A DNA stretch of 64,000 nt from Spirochaetaceae bacterium (GTDB taxonomy: Bacteria > Spirochaetota > Spirochaetia > DSM-2461): positions 654,977 through 718,976 of the forward strand of contig JAOPTT010000006.1 of the NCBI GenBank assembly GCA_051531975.1, in the 5' to 3' direction. This document shows, one piece after another, positions 10,108 to 19,654 of the stretch. The translations under genes and the position numbers were made by a program. Position 1 is the first letter of the stretch, and the number at the start of each line of letters is the position of its first letter. Under the pieces are notes generated by a model. It did not search any database and was not told where the DNA came from. It worked only from the letters and a program-made list of their open reading frames with translations.

Positions 10108-10215
10108 TGTAGCCAATACTGTAGCCAATACCTAAATAAAGATGGACTGAAACTGTATTTTAAGCAGTCTAGAGGCTAAAAAAAGTATAGGATTCTCAGT
10201 TCAACCCTCCACCTC
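10108..10215 (+). repeat. Downstream arm with secondary degenerate core (module 1)
   Basis: TGTAGCCAA x2 (10108, 10120), ending in AACCCTCCACCTC; homologous to 20732-20839. Confidence 0.8.
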
Positions 10216-10288
10216 TGAATTAATATAATTTATATTCTGCTATTTTGTGATCTGCAAATTCAAAAAGTTATAATTTAGTAGAAATAAG

Positions 10289-11191
10289 TTATTTACACCT
10301 AAACCCACATTCTTTATTTATGTTGTTATTATTTAATCCCATAAAATTGATTGGAGTATTGGGAAACTCTATTAATAGATTATTAAACTTATTAATAAAT
10401 TCATCATACTCATCTAATGGTTTTATAAGTTCACCTATTATATCCAATATTATGATTATTTTTTTTCTTTGCTTAGTGCTATATATTCTTTGCATATTTT
10501 TAGTAATTGAAGGTTTTATTGTGAGTGATGAATTCCAAAGCCTACCGTGATGGGCACAAATATTTCTTATTGTAGTAATCGATTGAACCCAGGACTCTAA
10601 TAAAAATGGTTTAACTCTGAAATAATTTGCTATATTTTTTTTTACATCCTTATTTTCTAATGATTTATATATTTTTGACCAGCTCCCAAAAGATATTACC
10701 TCAATTAACATCCATGATGCAGGTATTTTGGGTTCAGTATATTTATCTATGTAATTTTTTATAAAAATCTCATTGCTTCTTTTAATTTCTCTCCCAATAT
10801 CTAAAATAAATTTTTCATGATCAAACTGTGCATTTACATGTTTTTTTGATAATGGCCAATGAGAATCTTTACTGTTTAATGACATATGTAAATTTAGTTG
10901 AGTCCGAAATGCTACTTCTATATGGGTAATTGCATCAAATAATATAGTTCTTAACTTATCATCAAAATTATACAGATCAACTACATTTTTAAAATCTGTA
11001 TTTTTTTTATATTTATGGGTTCTCTTCCTATCTTCAAAAATTTCATAGTGTAAAGCATATCCAACAAATCTATAATAGCTTACTTTATTTAGAAACTTCG
11101 TTGCAAAATCTCTATTGGAGATTACCATACCTCTAGACTCTAATATATTAAGTTGTTCTTCAATGTTTGTTGGAGGTGAATTATATTTGAT
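10289..11191 (-). CDS. abiF: AbiF (Abi_2/AbiD-F family) HEPN toxin
   Basis: 'FLNKVSYYRFVGY', 'LYNFDDKLR', 'IEVAFRTQL', 'SFGSWSKIY', HEPN 'IRNICAHHGRLW'. The frame extends upstream of the track's ATG through 'PPTNIEEQLNILESRG', so the start is probably non-ATG near 11191. Confidence 0.85.
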   Translation of the reverse strand: MKYNSPPTNIEEQLNILESRGMVISNRDFATKFLNKVSYYRFVGYALHYEIFEDRKRTHKYKKNTDFKNVVDLYNFDDKLRTILFDAITHIEVAFRTQLNLHMSLNSKDSHWPLSKKHVNAQFDHEKFILDIGREIKRSNEIFIKNYIDKYTEPKIPASWMLIEVISFGSWSKIYKSLENKDVKKNIANYFRVKPFLLESWVQSITTIRNICAHHGRLWNSSLTIKPSITKNMQRIYSTKQRKKIIIILDIIGELIKPLDEYDEFINKFNNLLIEFPNTPINFMGLNNNNINKECGFRCK

Positions 11192-11214
11192 AGATATCCC
11201 CCTGTTTCATTGGT

Positions 11215-11275
11215 TATAAAAAAGAAGACCCGTTCTGGTCCGCATCGTAGAGAGGCGTAACGGGTACTGTTAATT
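11215..11275 (-). ncRNA. abiF-type RNA motif (putative RNA antitoxin / leader hairpin)
   Basis: GC-rich patch in AT-rich DNA just upstream of abiF. Minus strand reads ACCCGTT-ACGCCTCTCTACGATGCGGACCAG-AACGGGT followed by CTTCTTTTTT. Boundaries approximate. Confidence 0.7.
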
Positions 11276-11403
11276 TAATCTTAATATGGAGTGTTAAAAA
11301 TAACAACTGCTTTATATAGATATTTACTCACTATTCATGAAATTTTAATGTCAGAATTAATACAACCTTCACTAATTGCACAATCTCTCTTAAATACTAC
11401 TCA

Positions 11404-11559
11404 TGTAGCCAATATTGTAGCCAAAACCCATACAAACTGGTGCAAAACAGTACTAAACCATACAAAGTCTATGACGTTTAAGTTGCGACTCTATATAAAG
11501 TTATACAAAAGAAAGCAAAACGATACAAAACATATTGGAGGTTTCGATTCCCTCCACCT
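11404..11559 (+). repeat. att-like unit 2
   Basis: TGTAGCCAA x2 (11404, 11416); phased motifs at 11431/41/51/61 and 11494/504/514/524; core GGAGGTTTCGATTCCCTCCACCT at 11537-11559. Confidence 0.9.
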
Positions 11560-12032
11560 TCATTTCATGCTTATGTAAATCATTATATCGGATATGAATA
11601 ATCCATTTGTATATGTCCCTGCATAAACTTTAGTATCACTAACAAACAGGCAGTCCACATCATTTGTACCAAGTTGTGCAGTTTCGAAGGAATTTGTGGA
11701 TATATTGTAAATACTTAAACCCTGAAGTGTACCGATAAAAATATAATTGCCAGAGCCAGTAATATTATTAATCTGGTTATTTGTTAGACCGTCATCCGTA
11801 GTAAGGTTGTCCAATTTGTGCCACCATCGTTTGAATAAAGCAGACCATTGGAGGAAGTTCCAACGTATATATTCTGCCCAGATGCATAAACACATGTGGT
11901 AGTCACATTGGAAATAGATGTTCCTGTATATGATGTTATATCAAAAGTTTTGGAAAACGAAACATTAGGTAGGTCGGAAGTGAAAGTAATATAGATATCA
12001 TCAGAAACAGTATTTTTACTGTCTGTAACTTC
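11560..12032 (-). pseudogene. Fragment of a beta-propeller/BNR-like surface protein, frameshifted
   Basis: 'IYVGTSSNGLLYSNDGGTNWTTL', 'IFIGTLQGLSIY' and 'VYAGTYTNGLFIS' are split over two frames; the fragment ends at att core 2. Confidence 0.6.
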
Positions 12033-12290
12033 TATTAATAAATCTTTTTCCCATAACCAACTAGGATTTCCATTAGGTACATATCCATCAATGTAGGACA
12101 GAACATGCTTTCCATTCCCATCTACTCCATATGACTTAGGAACCCAATCTAAACCCTTTTTATTAACATGCAGAAGCAGATTGTGGATTGTATCTGAAGC
12201 TTCAGTTACATCTTTATAAATTAAATTATCCTTTTTAAGAGGTTTATTCATATTTCCACCCTCTAATACTTCGTATTCACTTTAATCCAT
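12033..12290 (-). pseudogene. N-terminal fragment of a phosphotransferase (APH/trifolitoxin-immunity-like)
   Basis: 'VLEGGNMNKP...TIHNLLLHV...WVPKSYGVDGNGKHVLSYIDG'. In-frame stop after the second codon; fused to unrelated sequence downstream. Confidence 0.55.
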
Positions 12291-12314
12291 TTTATCTCCT
12301 ATTGTAATTAGTAT

Positions 12315-12935
12315 TTAACCAAAGTGATGTATTGAGTAAGTATTTTCATTTGCAAACAGTTTACCAGTATTACTATCTTTAGCTGAAAAAACATCAGACT
12401 GAAATATATTTATATCATGATCTAAAACTTGATATGTGTTAGTGTCCTTCCAGCCAAAATATAATAACGTTATTTCTGATACCAATACTGAGTTTGGAAC
12501 GTCGTTATATCTACCATCTTTTAACAAAAAATCTTTTTCATCATATTCTTTTAATAGCCTGCCAATCCATGGATGATTTTTTATTGCACCAATTATTCCA
12601 GTACCTAGTAGTTTATTACCTTCATATCCAGCAAAAGCTTTAAAGTTCAATAAATCATCAAATGATTTAAGTACTTCAACATCGGTATCAAAATAAATTC
12701 CTCCCAATTTATTCAAAACATATAGCCTAACATAGTCAGTTACATAAGCATATTTTTTAGCATCATATGCCTCCGAAACAAATTTATTTGATCTGATATC
12801 AAAGTTTTCTTCATTCCATAAAACAAGTTCATATTCAGGTAAGTATTTCTTCCAGGATTTTATGCTTTCTTTTGCTTCACTCGATAATTCTCCATTACCA
12901 AACCAACAATAATGTATTTTTTTAGATATTGACAT
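12315..12935 (-). CDS. Glycosyltransferase family 32 (DXD sugar-binding)
   Basis: 'KKIHYCWFG', 'DYVRLYVLNKLGGIYFDTDVE', 'YSIHHF'; possibly C-terminally short. Confidence 0.85.
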   Translation of the reverse strand: MSISKKIHYCWFGNGELSSEAKESIKSWKKYLPEYELVLWNEENFDIRSNKFVSEAYDAKKYAYVTDYVRLYVLNKLGGIYFDTDVEVLKSFDDLLNFKAFAGYEGNKLLGTGIIGAIKNHPWIGRLLKEYDEKDFLLKDGRYNDVPNSVLVSEITLLYFGWKDTNTYQVLDHDINIFQSDVFSAKDSNTGKLFANENTYSIHHFG

Positions 12936-13043
12936 ATTTTAACTCCTTCCATATCAATTTTAGTTTGTAATATTGTTTAACCATTAAATAGTTCAGTTGC
13001 ACATCATCTTTTACGTAATTTTCACTGAGAATTTTATTTTCCT

Positions 13044-13939
13044 TTATATAATCTTCTTAATATTATTTTTTAACCGGAAGTGTGTATAGCCAGTAAAAAG
13101 TATGAAGAGAACTACCCATACTATCGTACCAGAAAAACCTGTTTCTATACCAAACTCAGTTCCTGTTATATTGCTAGAAATAGTTGACTCAGTAATAGCC
13201 CCATATAGAGTTGGTCCAATAGTTTTCCCTGAAATATTAAAAAAGCCTTCAACAACAAAATCATATGCAAAATGCAAAGATATAGGCAAAATTAAGGACT
13301 GTGTTTTGTAATATAAAAAACTAAACAACATACCTGCTACTAAAATATTTAAAAATAGCACCAATGGATTACCCTGATTCGAATTTGATACAAAAAAATG
13401 TACTAAAGAAAATATTGATGCAGAGATCAAGCATGCATTAAATGGCTTTTTAAGTATTTGTTCTAAGCGTTTTTGAAAGAACCCTCTAAAAAGGACCTCT
13501 TCTCCAACTACTGCAGCCAAACTTGTTACAAAAGCTAGAGCAACAGGGTGTATTAGATGCTGTGGCGAAAAACGATCAAGCATCCAACCAGAAACTAACA
13601 GACATTTATTCATGGTAAAAACAAGATATGCACTTGTCAGCACAAGAAATGTCCCTAAAAGTCCAACTAAAGAATCCTGAATTATAAACTTATGATCACC
13701 AAGAGCGTGAACTTTAAAGTTTTCATTTCTTGCATATCGGAAATATATAGATACAAATACAATTATGACTCCAATAGAAAAAATCCTAGGTAAAAATCCA
13801 GAGAATTCCTCAAATAGTCCAAGTCGAACTAGTGCAAATCTAGTAATAAAAGAGACAATAACTATAGAAAGTTGAGTCCCTATAAAATTACTATAAGCCA
13901 GATTATATGAAGAAGAATGTTTTTAAGTTTATTAAGCAT
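13044..13939 (-). pseudogene. CPBP (CAAX) intramembrane metalloprotease with 5' frameshift
   Basis: 'EEVLFRG', 'FSLVH', 'ISLHFAYD'. The ATG at 13939 with RBS is out of frame with the long hydrophobic frame (shift near 13885). Confidence 0.65.
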
Positions 13940-14012
13940 TTTATTCCTTTTGAAAAATTTAAATCTTACTGTATATAACACGCAAATACTGTGTAAATGT
14001 TACTTAAAATTA

Positions 14013-14552
14013 TTACCAGTATTCAGGTTTATTTATAGCATCAACACAGAATGAATTATCAGTAATAGATTGGATTTTATCACTTACCAAAGACTGTGCT
14101 AACCAACCTTCTGGATACTCAAGTTTTAAAGGAGCTTTCACAATTTTTTCAGATATTTTATTGTACCCAACTTTTGAGTAAAAATTAATATCACCATAAG
14201 TAAAAACCTGTTCTACATAATTTCCTTTTAAATCCTTGTGACCAAAATTAATCAATTTTTGACCTATTCCTTTTTTTTGATAATCTGAATGGATAGCCAC
14301 TGGAGCTAATAAAAATGTATTAATTTTACACTCTTCAAACTTCAACCTGGAAAAGAGAATACAGCCTATAATTTTTTTATCATCAATAGCGATATAAACA
14401 TGTAGATCATTTTTATCTGTTTTAGTCATTAATTCAAAAGCTAAGTTTCCTATTAACATTCCTTCTTCAACACCTTCAGAATCTGAAAATGTCTTGATAA
14501 ATAACTCTTGTATTTTCTCTATGTTTTCTGATTTATAATTTGAAAATTCCAT
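14013..14552 (-). CDS. GNAT N-acetyltransferase (YhbS-like)
   Basis: 'LLAPVAIHSDYQKKGIGQKLI', 'YGDINFYSKVGY'. Confidence 0.85.
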   Translation of the reverse strand: MEFSNYKSENIEKIQELFIKTFSDSEGVEEGMLIGNLAFELMTKTDKNDLHVYIAIDDKKIIGCILFSRLKFEECKINTFLLAPVAIHSDYQKKGIGQKLINFGHKDLKGNYVEQVFTYGDINFYSKVGYNKISEKIVKAPLKLEYPEGWLAQSLVSDKIQSITDNSFCVDAINKPEYW

Positions 14553-14615
14553 TCGATATCCTTCTTATATTATTTAATTATTGAAAATGATAACTTATAC
14601 TCATTCCATGAAGAT

Positions 14616-15396
14616 CTACTTTTGTGAAAAGATCCAGTCTGCTACCTTTTTATTAACAATGTCTGGATTTTCCCATAAAGGGAATCCCCCTGCATTAGGA
14701 ATAATAATACTTTCAACCATTTCATTTTTATCTAATAAGTTCCTCATTCCATGAAATTCAGTCATATCGTAATTACCATTATATGCTAATATCGGTAATT
14801 TTAATTTTTTTAATTGATTAATGATATCCATAGTATCTTTAGTTTTTTTTTCAGATAACCAAGGTTTCCCACTAAATGATTGAAGAATTTTAAGATGATC
14901 TTCTGATCTTGTTTCTTTTGGGTTACGTCGCATATATTTTTGGGTTACGTCGCATATATTCAAACCATTCCGAATGTGTAAACCAATTATTAATAGCCTC
15001 ATCAATTCCTTTCTCAAAAATTATAGACCTGGCTCTATTTATATTTTTATTAAATCCAGGAATTACGACACCCTCGAATATAAACAGTCTTATACTGAAT
15101 ACTTTTTTTAAATATAAATTAAGACCAATTGCTGTACTTGTATGAGTCCCCCAATATATGAAATCATCAATTATTAGATATTTTAATAATTCTATAATAT
15201 CTTCAGTGTATTCTTCTATTCCAAATGGACCATCATGTTCTGAATTACCATGCCCTCTTAGATCTAATGTTAAGCAGTTGAAACTATCCCTAAAAAACTC
15301 AATTTGTTTGTTAAATATGGCCAGATTCTGTGTAAAACCGTGTACAAACACAATTGTCTGTTTTTGGTTATTATTTTCAAAATTATAATTTATCAA
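14616..15396 (-). pseudogene. Alpha/beta hydrolase frameshifted by a 22-bp tandem duplication
   Basis: 'VFVHGF', 'LDLRGHGNS'. TTTTGGGTTACGTCGCATATAT is duplicated at 14916-14937 and 14938-14959. Confidence 0.85.
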
Positions 15397-15570
15397 TGAG
15401 TCCTCATAAATGTAAAGTTTACATTTTACTTCTTTAATATTAGATATTTTATTACTATTTTTTAATAAGGAAAACCATTTTTTATTGGTTTAAATAGTAT
15501 ATGCATAATAAGATCTTATATATCTTCTTAAAACAGTATCATTTTTGGATTGATTCACATTTGATATTTG

Positions 15571-15630
15571 GTTGTCCATGCAACAATTGACATATCCTGT
15601 AATAAGGGCTAATTTAGTTATACAGACAAC
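15571..15630 (+). promoter_or_regulatory. Sigma70 promoter flanked by two putative MarR operators
   Basis: TTGACA (15587)-17 bp-TAATTT; dyads GTTGTCCATGCAAC (15571) and GTTATACAGACAAC (15617). Confidence 0.6.
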
Positions 15631-15645
15631 TAAAAAGGTTTATAA

Positions 15646-16086
15646 ATGATAAAAGTAAATGATTCAATATATTTTAATATTTCACGGGTGGCTCTTTTAC
15701 TAAGGAGAGATTTTCTGCAAAATCTTAAAGAATTTAATATTACTCCTGAGCAGTGGTCAATAATGGCTTTTCTTAATGAAAAACAAAAGCCAATATCACA
15801 AAAGTCGATAGTAGAACATTTACTAAAAGATAAACATGCTGTTTCAAAAATGATTAATAAAATGGTAAAAAAAGAGTGGATAATAAAAGAAGCTGATATT
15901 AATGATAGCCGAGTAACACTGATATCTTTGACTAAAAAGGGAACTGAAGATATGCATACAATTGGAAATGTTCTATCCAAGTCTCAGCATAATAGAGAAT
16001 ATAATATGTTTCCTAATGAAGAGAAGAAGATGATTCTTAACTTTTTAAAACAAATTAGGATATTTTTTAATGATATAAAGGAGTAA
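15646..16086 (+). CDS. MarR family regulator
   Basis: 'ITPEQWSIM', 'DKHAVSKMINKM', 'DSRVTLISLTKKG'. Confidence 0.9.
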   Translation: MIKVNDSIYFNISRVALLLRRDFLQNLKEFNITPEQWSIMAFLNEKQKPISQKSIVEHLLKDKHAVSKMINKMVKKEWIIKEADINDSRVTLISLTKKGTEDMHTIGNVLSKSQHNREYNMFPNEEKKMILNFLKQIRIFFNDIKE

Positions 16087-16088
16087 TT

Positions 16089-16382
16089 ATGAATCCACTA
16101 AAAACAGTACAGGATCTAGATCCGGAATTAACTAAGATAATGGAAGATTCCAGATTATTGGCATTTACGGAAGGATCATTAGATTTAAAAACTAAATATC
16201 TAATTGGTTTGTCCATAGATGCAACGAAAGGTACTCCTGAGGGAGTTAGAAGTTTAGCAATACAGGCATTAAAAAACGGAGCAACAAAAGATGAAATCAA
16301 AGAAGTAATAAGAATTGTATATCTAATTAATGGTGTTAGCAGCATGTATCCAGTATCAATTGGTCTCAAAGATTTAATATAG
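16089..16382 (+). CDS. Carboxymuconolactone decarboxylase (CMD/AhpD-like) protein
   Basis: 'GSLDLKTKYLIGLSID', 'ALKNGATKDEIKEVI'. Confidence 0.85.
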   Translation: MNPLKTVQDLDPELTKIMEDSRLLAFTEGSLDLKTKYLIGLSIDATKGTPEGVRSLAIQALKNGATKDEIKEVIRIVYLINGVSSMYPVSIGLKDLI

Positions 16383-16490
16383 GAATATTTTAAATAATTA
16401 TTAACTAATTAAATTTCTAAAAAAAATGTTTCCAAGGGTAACATAATCCCTGGGAACACATCTATATCAATTTGAGAACTGGTAGAATAA

Positions 16491-17846
16491 TTACAGAATT
16501 CGATTATGTTTAATAACATTTTTATAATACTCTGCACTCAATTTAGGAGTTCTTTTTTGATTTTCAAAATTAACATAAACCAGACCAAAACGTTTGGTAT
16601 ACCCTTCAGCCCATTCAAAATTATCTAAAAAGCTCCAAACAAAATATCCTTTTAATGGATACCCTTCTTCTATTGCCCTTGATGCACCTATAAAATGATT
16701 ACGAAGATAAAAAATACGGTCTGTATCTAAAACCTCTCCATCTTTATTTAGTTTATCATTACAGGCACTACCACTTTCTGTAACATATATACTTTTAACA
16801 TCCCATAGCTCATTAACATAGCGTGTACTCCAGTAGATAGTTTCAGGACCAACCTTAATCCATGGAAGATCCATTGAAGGATGCGATGGTGCAAAGTCAA
16901 CAACATTATACCCTTTAGCAGAATTCTTATCTGCTCTTATATAGGTTGGATAATACATATTGATGCCTAAGTAATCTATAGGAGCATTTATTAACTTCAT
17001 CTCATCCAGTGTATAATCAGGAGCATTATCCCCTTCTTCTTCAAGATACTTTTTAGAATATGAACCCTCTAGAAGAGGAGAAAGGAATGATCCATTTATA
17101 TCATGAAAAGCTTGTTTGGCAGCAGCAATATGCTCTTCTGTTTCAAAAATTGGAACACAATTATATGGATTATCAGAAAGTCCAACCTTAATATCACCTT
17201 TTGCATTTTCCCGTAGTGCTTTAAGAGCATAGCCATGCCCCAAAAGTCCATTATGAAAAACCTGGTTTACTTTAGCTCTTGAGAGTGTTTTACCAGGAGC
17301 AAAGACTCCATCTCGATAACCTAACTCTGCAATGCATATATAATCATTTAGTGTATAATAATTTTTTAGTCTATCTGATAACCGTTCAGATATGATACCA
17401 GCATAGTCACCAAAATATTTTGATGTCTCTTTTGATTCCCATCCACCATATTGATCTTCTAATACCTGTGGCAGATCCCAATGAAATAGTGTTGCACAGG
17501 GTTCTATGTTAGCTTCCAGAAGAGAATCTACAAGGCGGCTATAATAATCTATTCCCTTTTCATTAAATTCTCCTTTCCCATTGGGAAAGACTCGGGGCCA
17601 AGATATAGAGAATCTATAAGATTTTAATCCCATATTCTTCATTAAAACAATATCATCTTTGTAGAGATTATATTGATCACAGCTTATATCACCATTATGA
17701 TCACTTTTAATTTTCCCTGGTATATGAGAGAAAGTATCCCAGATAGATTTACCCCTACCATCAATATTAACAGCACCCTCAACTTGATATGCTGACGTAG
17801 AACATCCCCATAAAAAATCTTTTGGCATTTTATATGACTTACTCAT
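16491..17846 (-). CDS. GH1 beta-glucosidase
   Basis: 'FLWGCSTSAYQVEG', 'YRFSISWPR', 'TLFHWDLPQ', 'YVTESG', 'WSFLDNFEW'. The acid/base motif reads TLND rather than TLNE. Confidence 0.9.
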   Translation of the reverse strand: MSKSYKMPKDFLWGCSTSAYQVEGAVNIDGRGKSIWDTFSHIPGKIKSDHNGDISCDQYNLYKDDIVLMKNMGLKSYRFSISWPRVFPNGKGEFNEKGIDYYSRLVDSLLEANIEPCATLFHWDLPQVLEDQYGGWESKETSKYFGDYAGIISERLSDRLKNYYTLNDYICIAELGYRDGVFAPGKTLSRAKVNQVFHNGLLGHGYALKALRENAKGDIKVGLSDNPYNCVPIFETEEHIAAAKQAFHDINGSFLSPLLEGSYSKKYLEEEGDNAPDYTLDEMKLINAPIDYLGINMYYPTYIRADKNSAKGYNVVDFAPSHPSMDLPWIKVGPETIYWSTRYVNELWDVKSIYVTESGSACNDKLNKDGEVLDTDRIFYLRNHFIGASRAIEEGYPLKGYFVWSFLDNFEWAEGYTKRFGLVYVNFENQKRTPKLSAEYYKNVIKHNRIL

Positions 17847-18355
17847 ATAGACTCCTATTTAGTATTGTAATCATAGATTTTTATTATTTAGATGTAAATA
17901 TTAAATGGATCATAATTTATTTACTGCCATCGATATTCATTATCAATGAGTTATACTGTCCAATTTAAGAAATATATATAAGTGATTAATATGAAACTTT
18001 ATACTTTTGTTTATCGAGCCATTGATGTCCATATACAATAAAACCTTCTCTACCATTGAATCTATCAACCCCAAAAATTGAGCCTTGATTTTTATCTAAA
18101 AATCGGAGCTTTAATATAAGCTGTTCATCTTTCCTTTTAAGATTTATTAATTTAATATGATTTTGAAGTACTTCATGAAAAACTATTGGATTAGTCTTTT
18201 CTGATTTTTAGTGTTTAAGATATCTTAATAATTACCTAAAACGGATTTAATATTGTTGTTCATAATATAGTCCAGGGTTTCAATTGAAAACTCAGCTCTT
18301 GTTATCATAAACAATAAGTCTAGACATCAACATTTCCTAAAAAATTTATTTGAAA

Positions 18356-18817
18356 TTAATTAATTGGAATAAAGATATCAATTTCAGATTTACTACTATT
18401 CCAATTAAAACGATTATCATATCTTTCATAATGTACCATAGGTCTATCTAAGTTTAGCTTAAAACTATTTTTTGGCAATATGTCTTTATATATATCAAAA
18501 TATGTAAATTTTAACTTATTCATGTCTCCACAATGAACAAACTTAACGTATTTATTTTTAGGTATAACATATTGCTTTAAATTTACAGAATCTATAATTG
18601 GTACTGAAGGCATATAAAAATAACTATTATTCTTTTTGAATGTTAATCCGTATTTTTCCCAATTATGATCAATACGCCTTTTTATAGTATTAAACATACT
18701 ATTAACTTTTTCCCAATGGTTAGATATGATTCTTTGATTTTCTGTTTGAGACTTAGTAAGTAAAACAGGTAAACCTTCTACTTCTTTTTTATCTATTTCT
18801 AATATTTCCCAATTCAT
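18356..18817 (-). CDS. GyrI-like small-molecule-binding protein
   Basis: 'IPKNKYVKFVHCG', 'YERYD', 'IDIFIPI'. Confidence 0.8.
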   Translation of the reverse strand: MNWEILEIDKKEVEGLPVLLTKSQTENQRIISNHWEKVNSMFNTIKRRIDHNWEKYGLTFKKNNSYFYMPSVPIIDSVNLKQYVIPKNKYVKFVHCGDMNKLKFTYFDIYKDILPKNSFKLNLDRPMVHYERYDNRFNWNSSKSEIDIFIPIN

Positions 18818-18899
18818 TTACTAAAGTTCCTACCAACTGATAATAAAACAATCGTTTATTTTAATCAAATTCACCAATTATCAGCCCACTGTTATGTGC

Positions 18900-19300
18900 A
18901 ATATAGACAGTTTCTCCATCACAAAACACTCCATTTGCTGAAATATTTGGGAACGACGTATACCTGTCTACTTCAACATCTTGCCAATTTAATCCATCAT
19001 CGGCCGAAATCTACAGTTTCCCACCATATTTAACACATACCAAGTATGTTCCATCATTGGCAAACCCCATTATTGAACCACCACCAAGAGTATAATAGTC
19101 ATCAACAAAAGTCTCTCCTGAATCTGTAGATCTAGAATAGTAGGTGTCGATAGCTGCAACAACAGTACTTCCTGAAACATATAATAATTTCATATCTGGA
19201 GTATAATCCGAATAAGCAACTACTAAAGTGTCAGCATTTGAATAATCCAGGTTTAAAGTGGTTAAAATATGATCACCAGCAACATACAAGGTTGATGTAT
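18900..19300 (-). pseudogene. Fragment of a BNR-like surface protein
   Basis: 'YYSRSTDSGETF'; the downstream part continues in another frame ('ISADDGLNWQ'). Boundaries approximate. Confidence 0.4.
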
Positions 19301-19495
19301 AAATAATTAATCGTATAAGAACTTTGGTATAGATTTTTACAATCACCTTTAATTATCTAAGGGATTTCATCCCTTTATTAGTTTGAAATTCACCACAATA
19401 TATCTATCTTGTTTATCTCTGACTATTAATATATAGAAATCTTTAATCTAATTGACCAGCCACTATAAAGACTATAAAGACTATAAAATTAGAGT

Positions 19496-19654
19496 ATGAT
19501 TAAGAAATCTTTTGAAGAGAAAGTTGAATTTATTAAAAAGAGTAGACTTAAAAATTACAAAGAGAGTTTAAGGCTTGAAGGTCTAAATCCCTCTGTTCAC
19601 CTCCATGGAAAAACTCGAGCAGAGATAATATCATATTATACACACAAGAAATGA
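19496..19654 (+). CDS. FicA/YhfG-like antitoxin (52 aa, below the track cutoff)
   Basis: MIKKSFEEKVEFIKKSRLKNYKESLRLEGLNP... carries the (S/T)xxxE(G/N) inhibitory motif and overlaps the fic start by ATGA. Confidence 0.8.
   Translation: MIKKSFEEKVEFIKKSRLKNYKESLRLEGLNPSVHLHGKTRAEIISYYTHKK

Noticed and set aside
11291..11578. 95-aa ORF on + strand
   Set aside because: It reads through att unit 2. I saw no equivalent ORF at the other copies and it has no recognisable protein motif.
17900..18270. Possible decayed gene on the - strand
   Set aside because: Multiple stops and no identifiable family.
19588..19605. CCCTCTGTTCACCTCCA resembling the att core
   Set aside because: Lies inside the ficA coding sequence with no arm or TTCGATT; likely chance.
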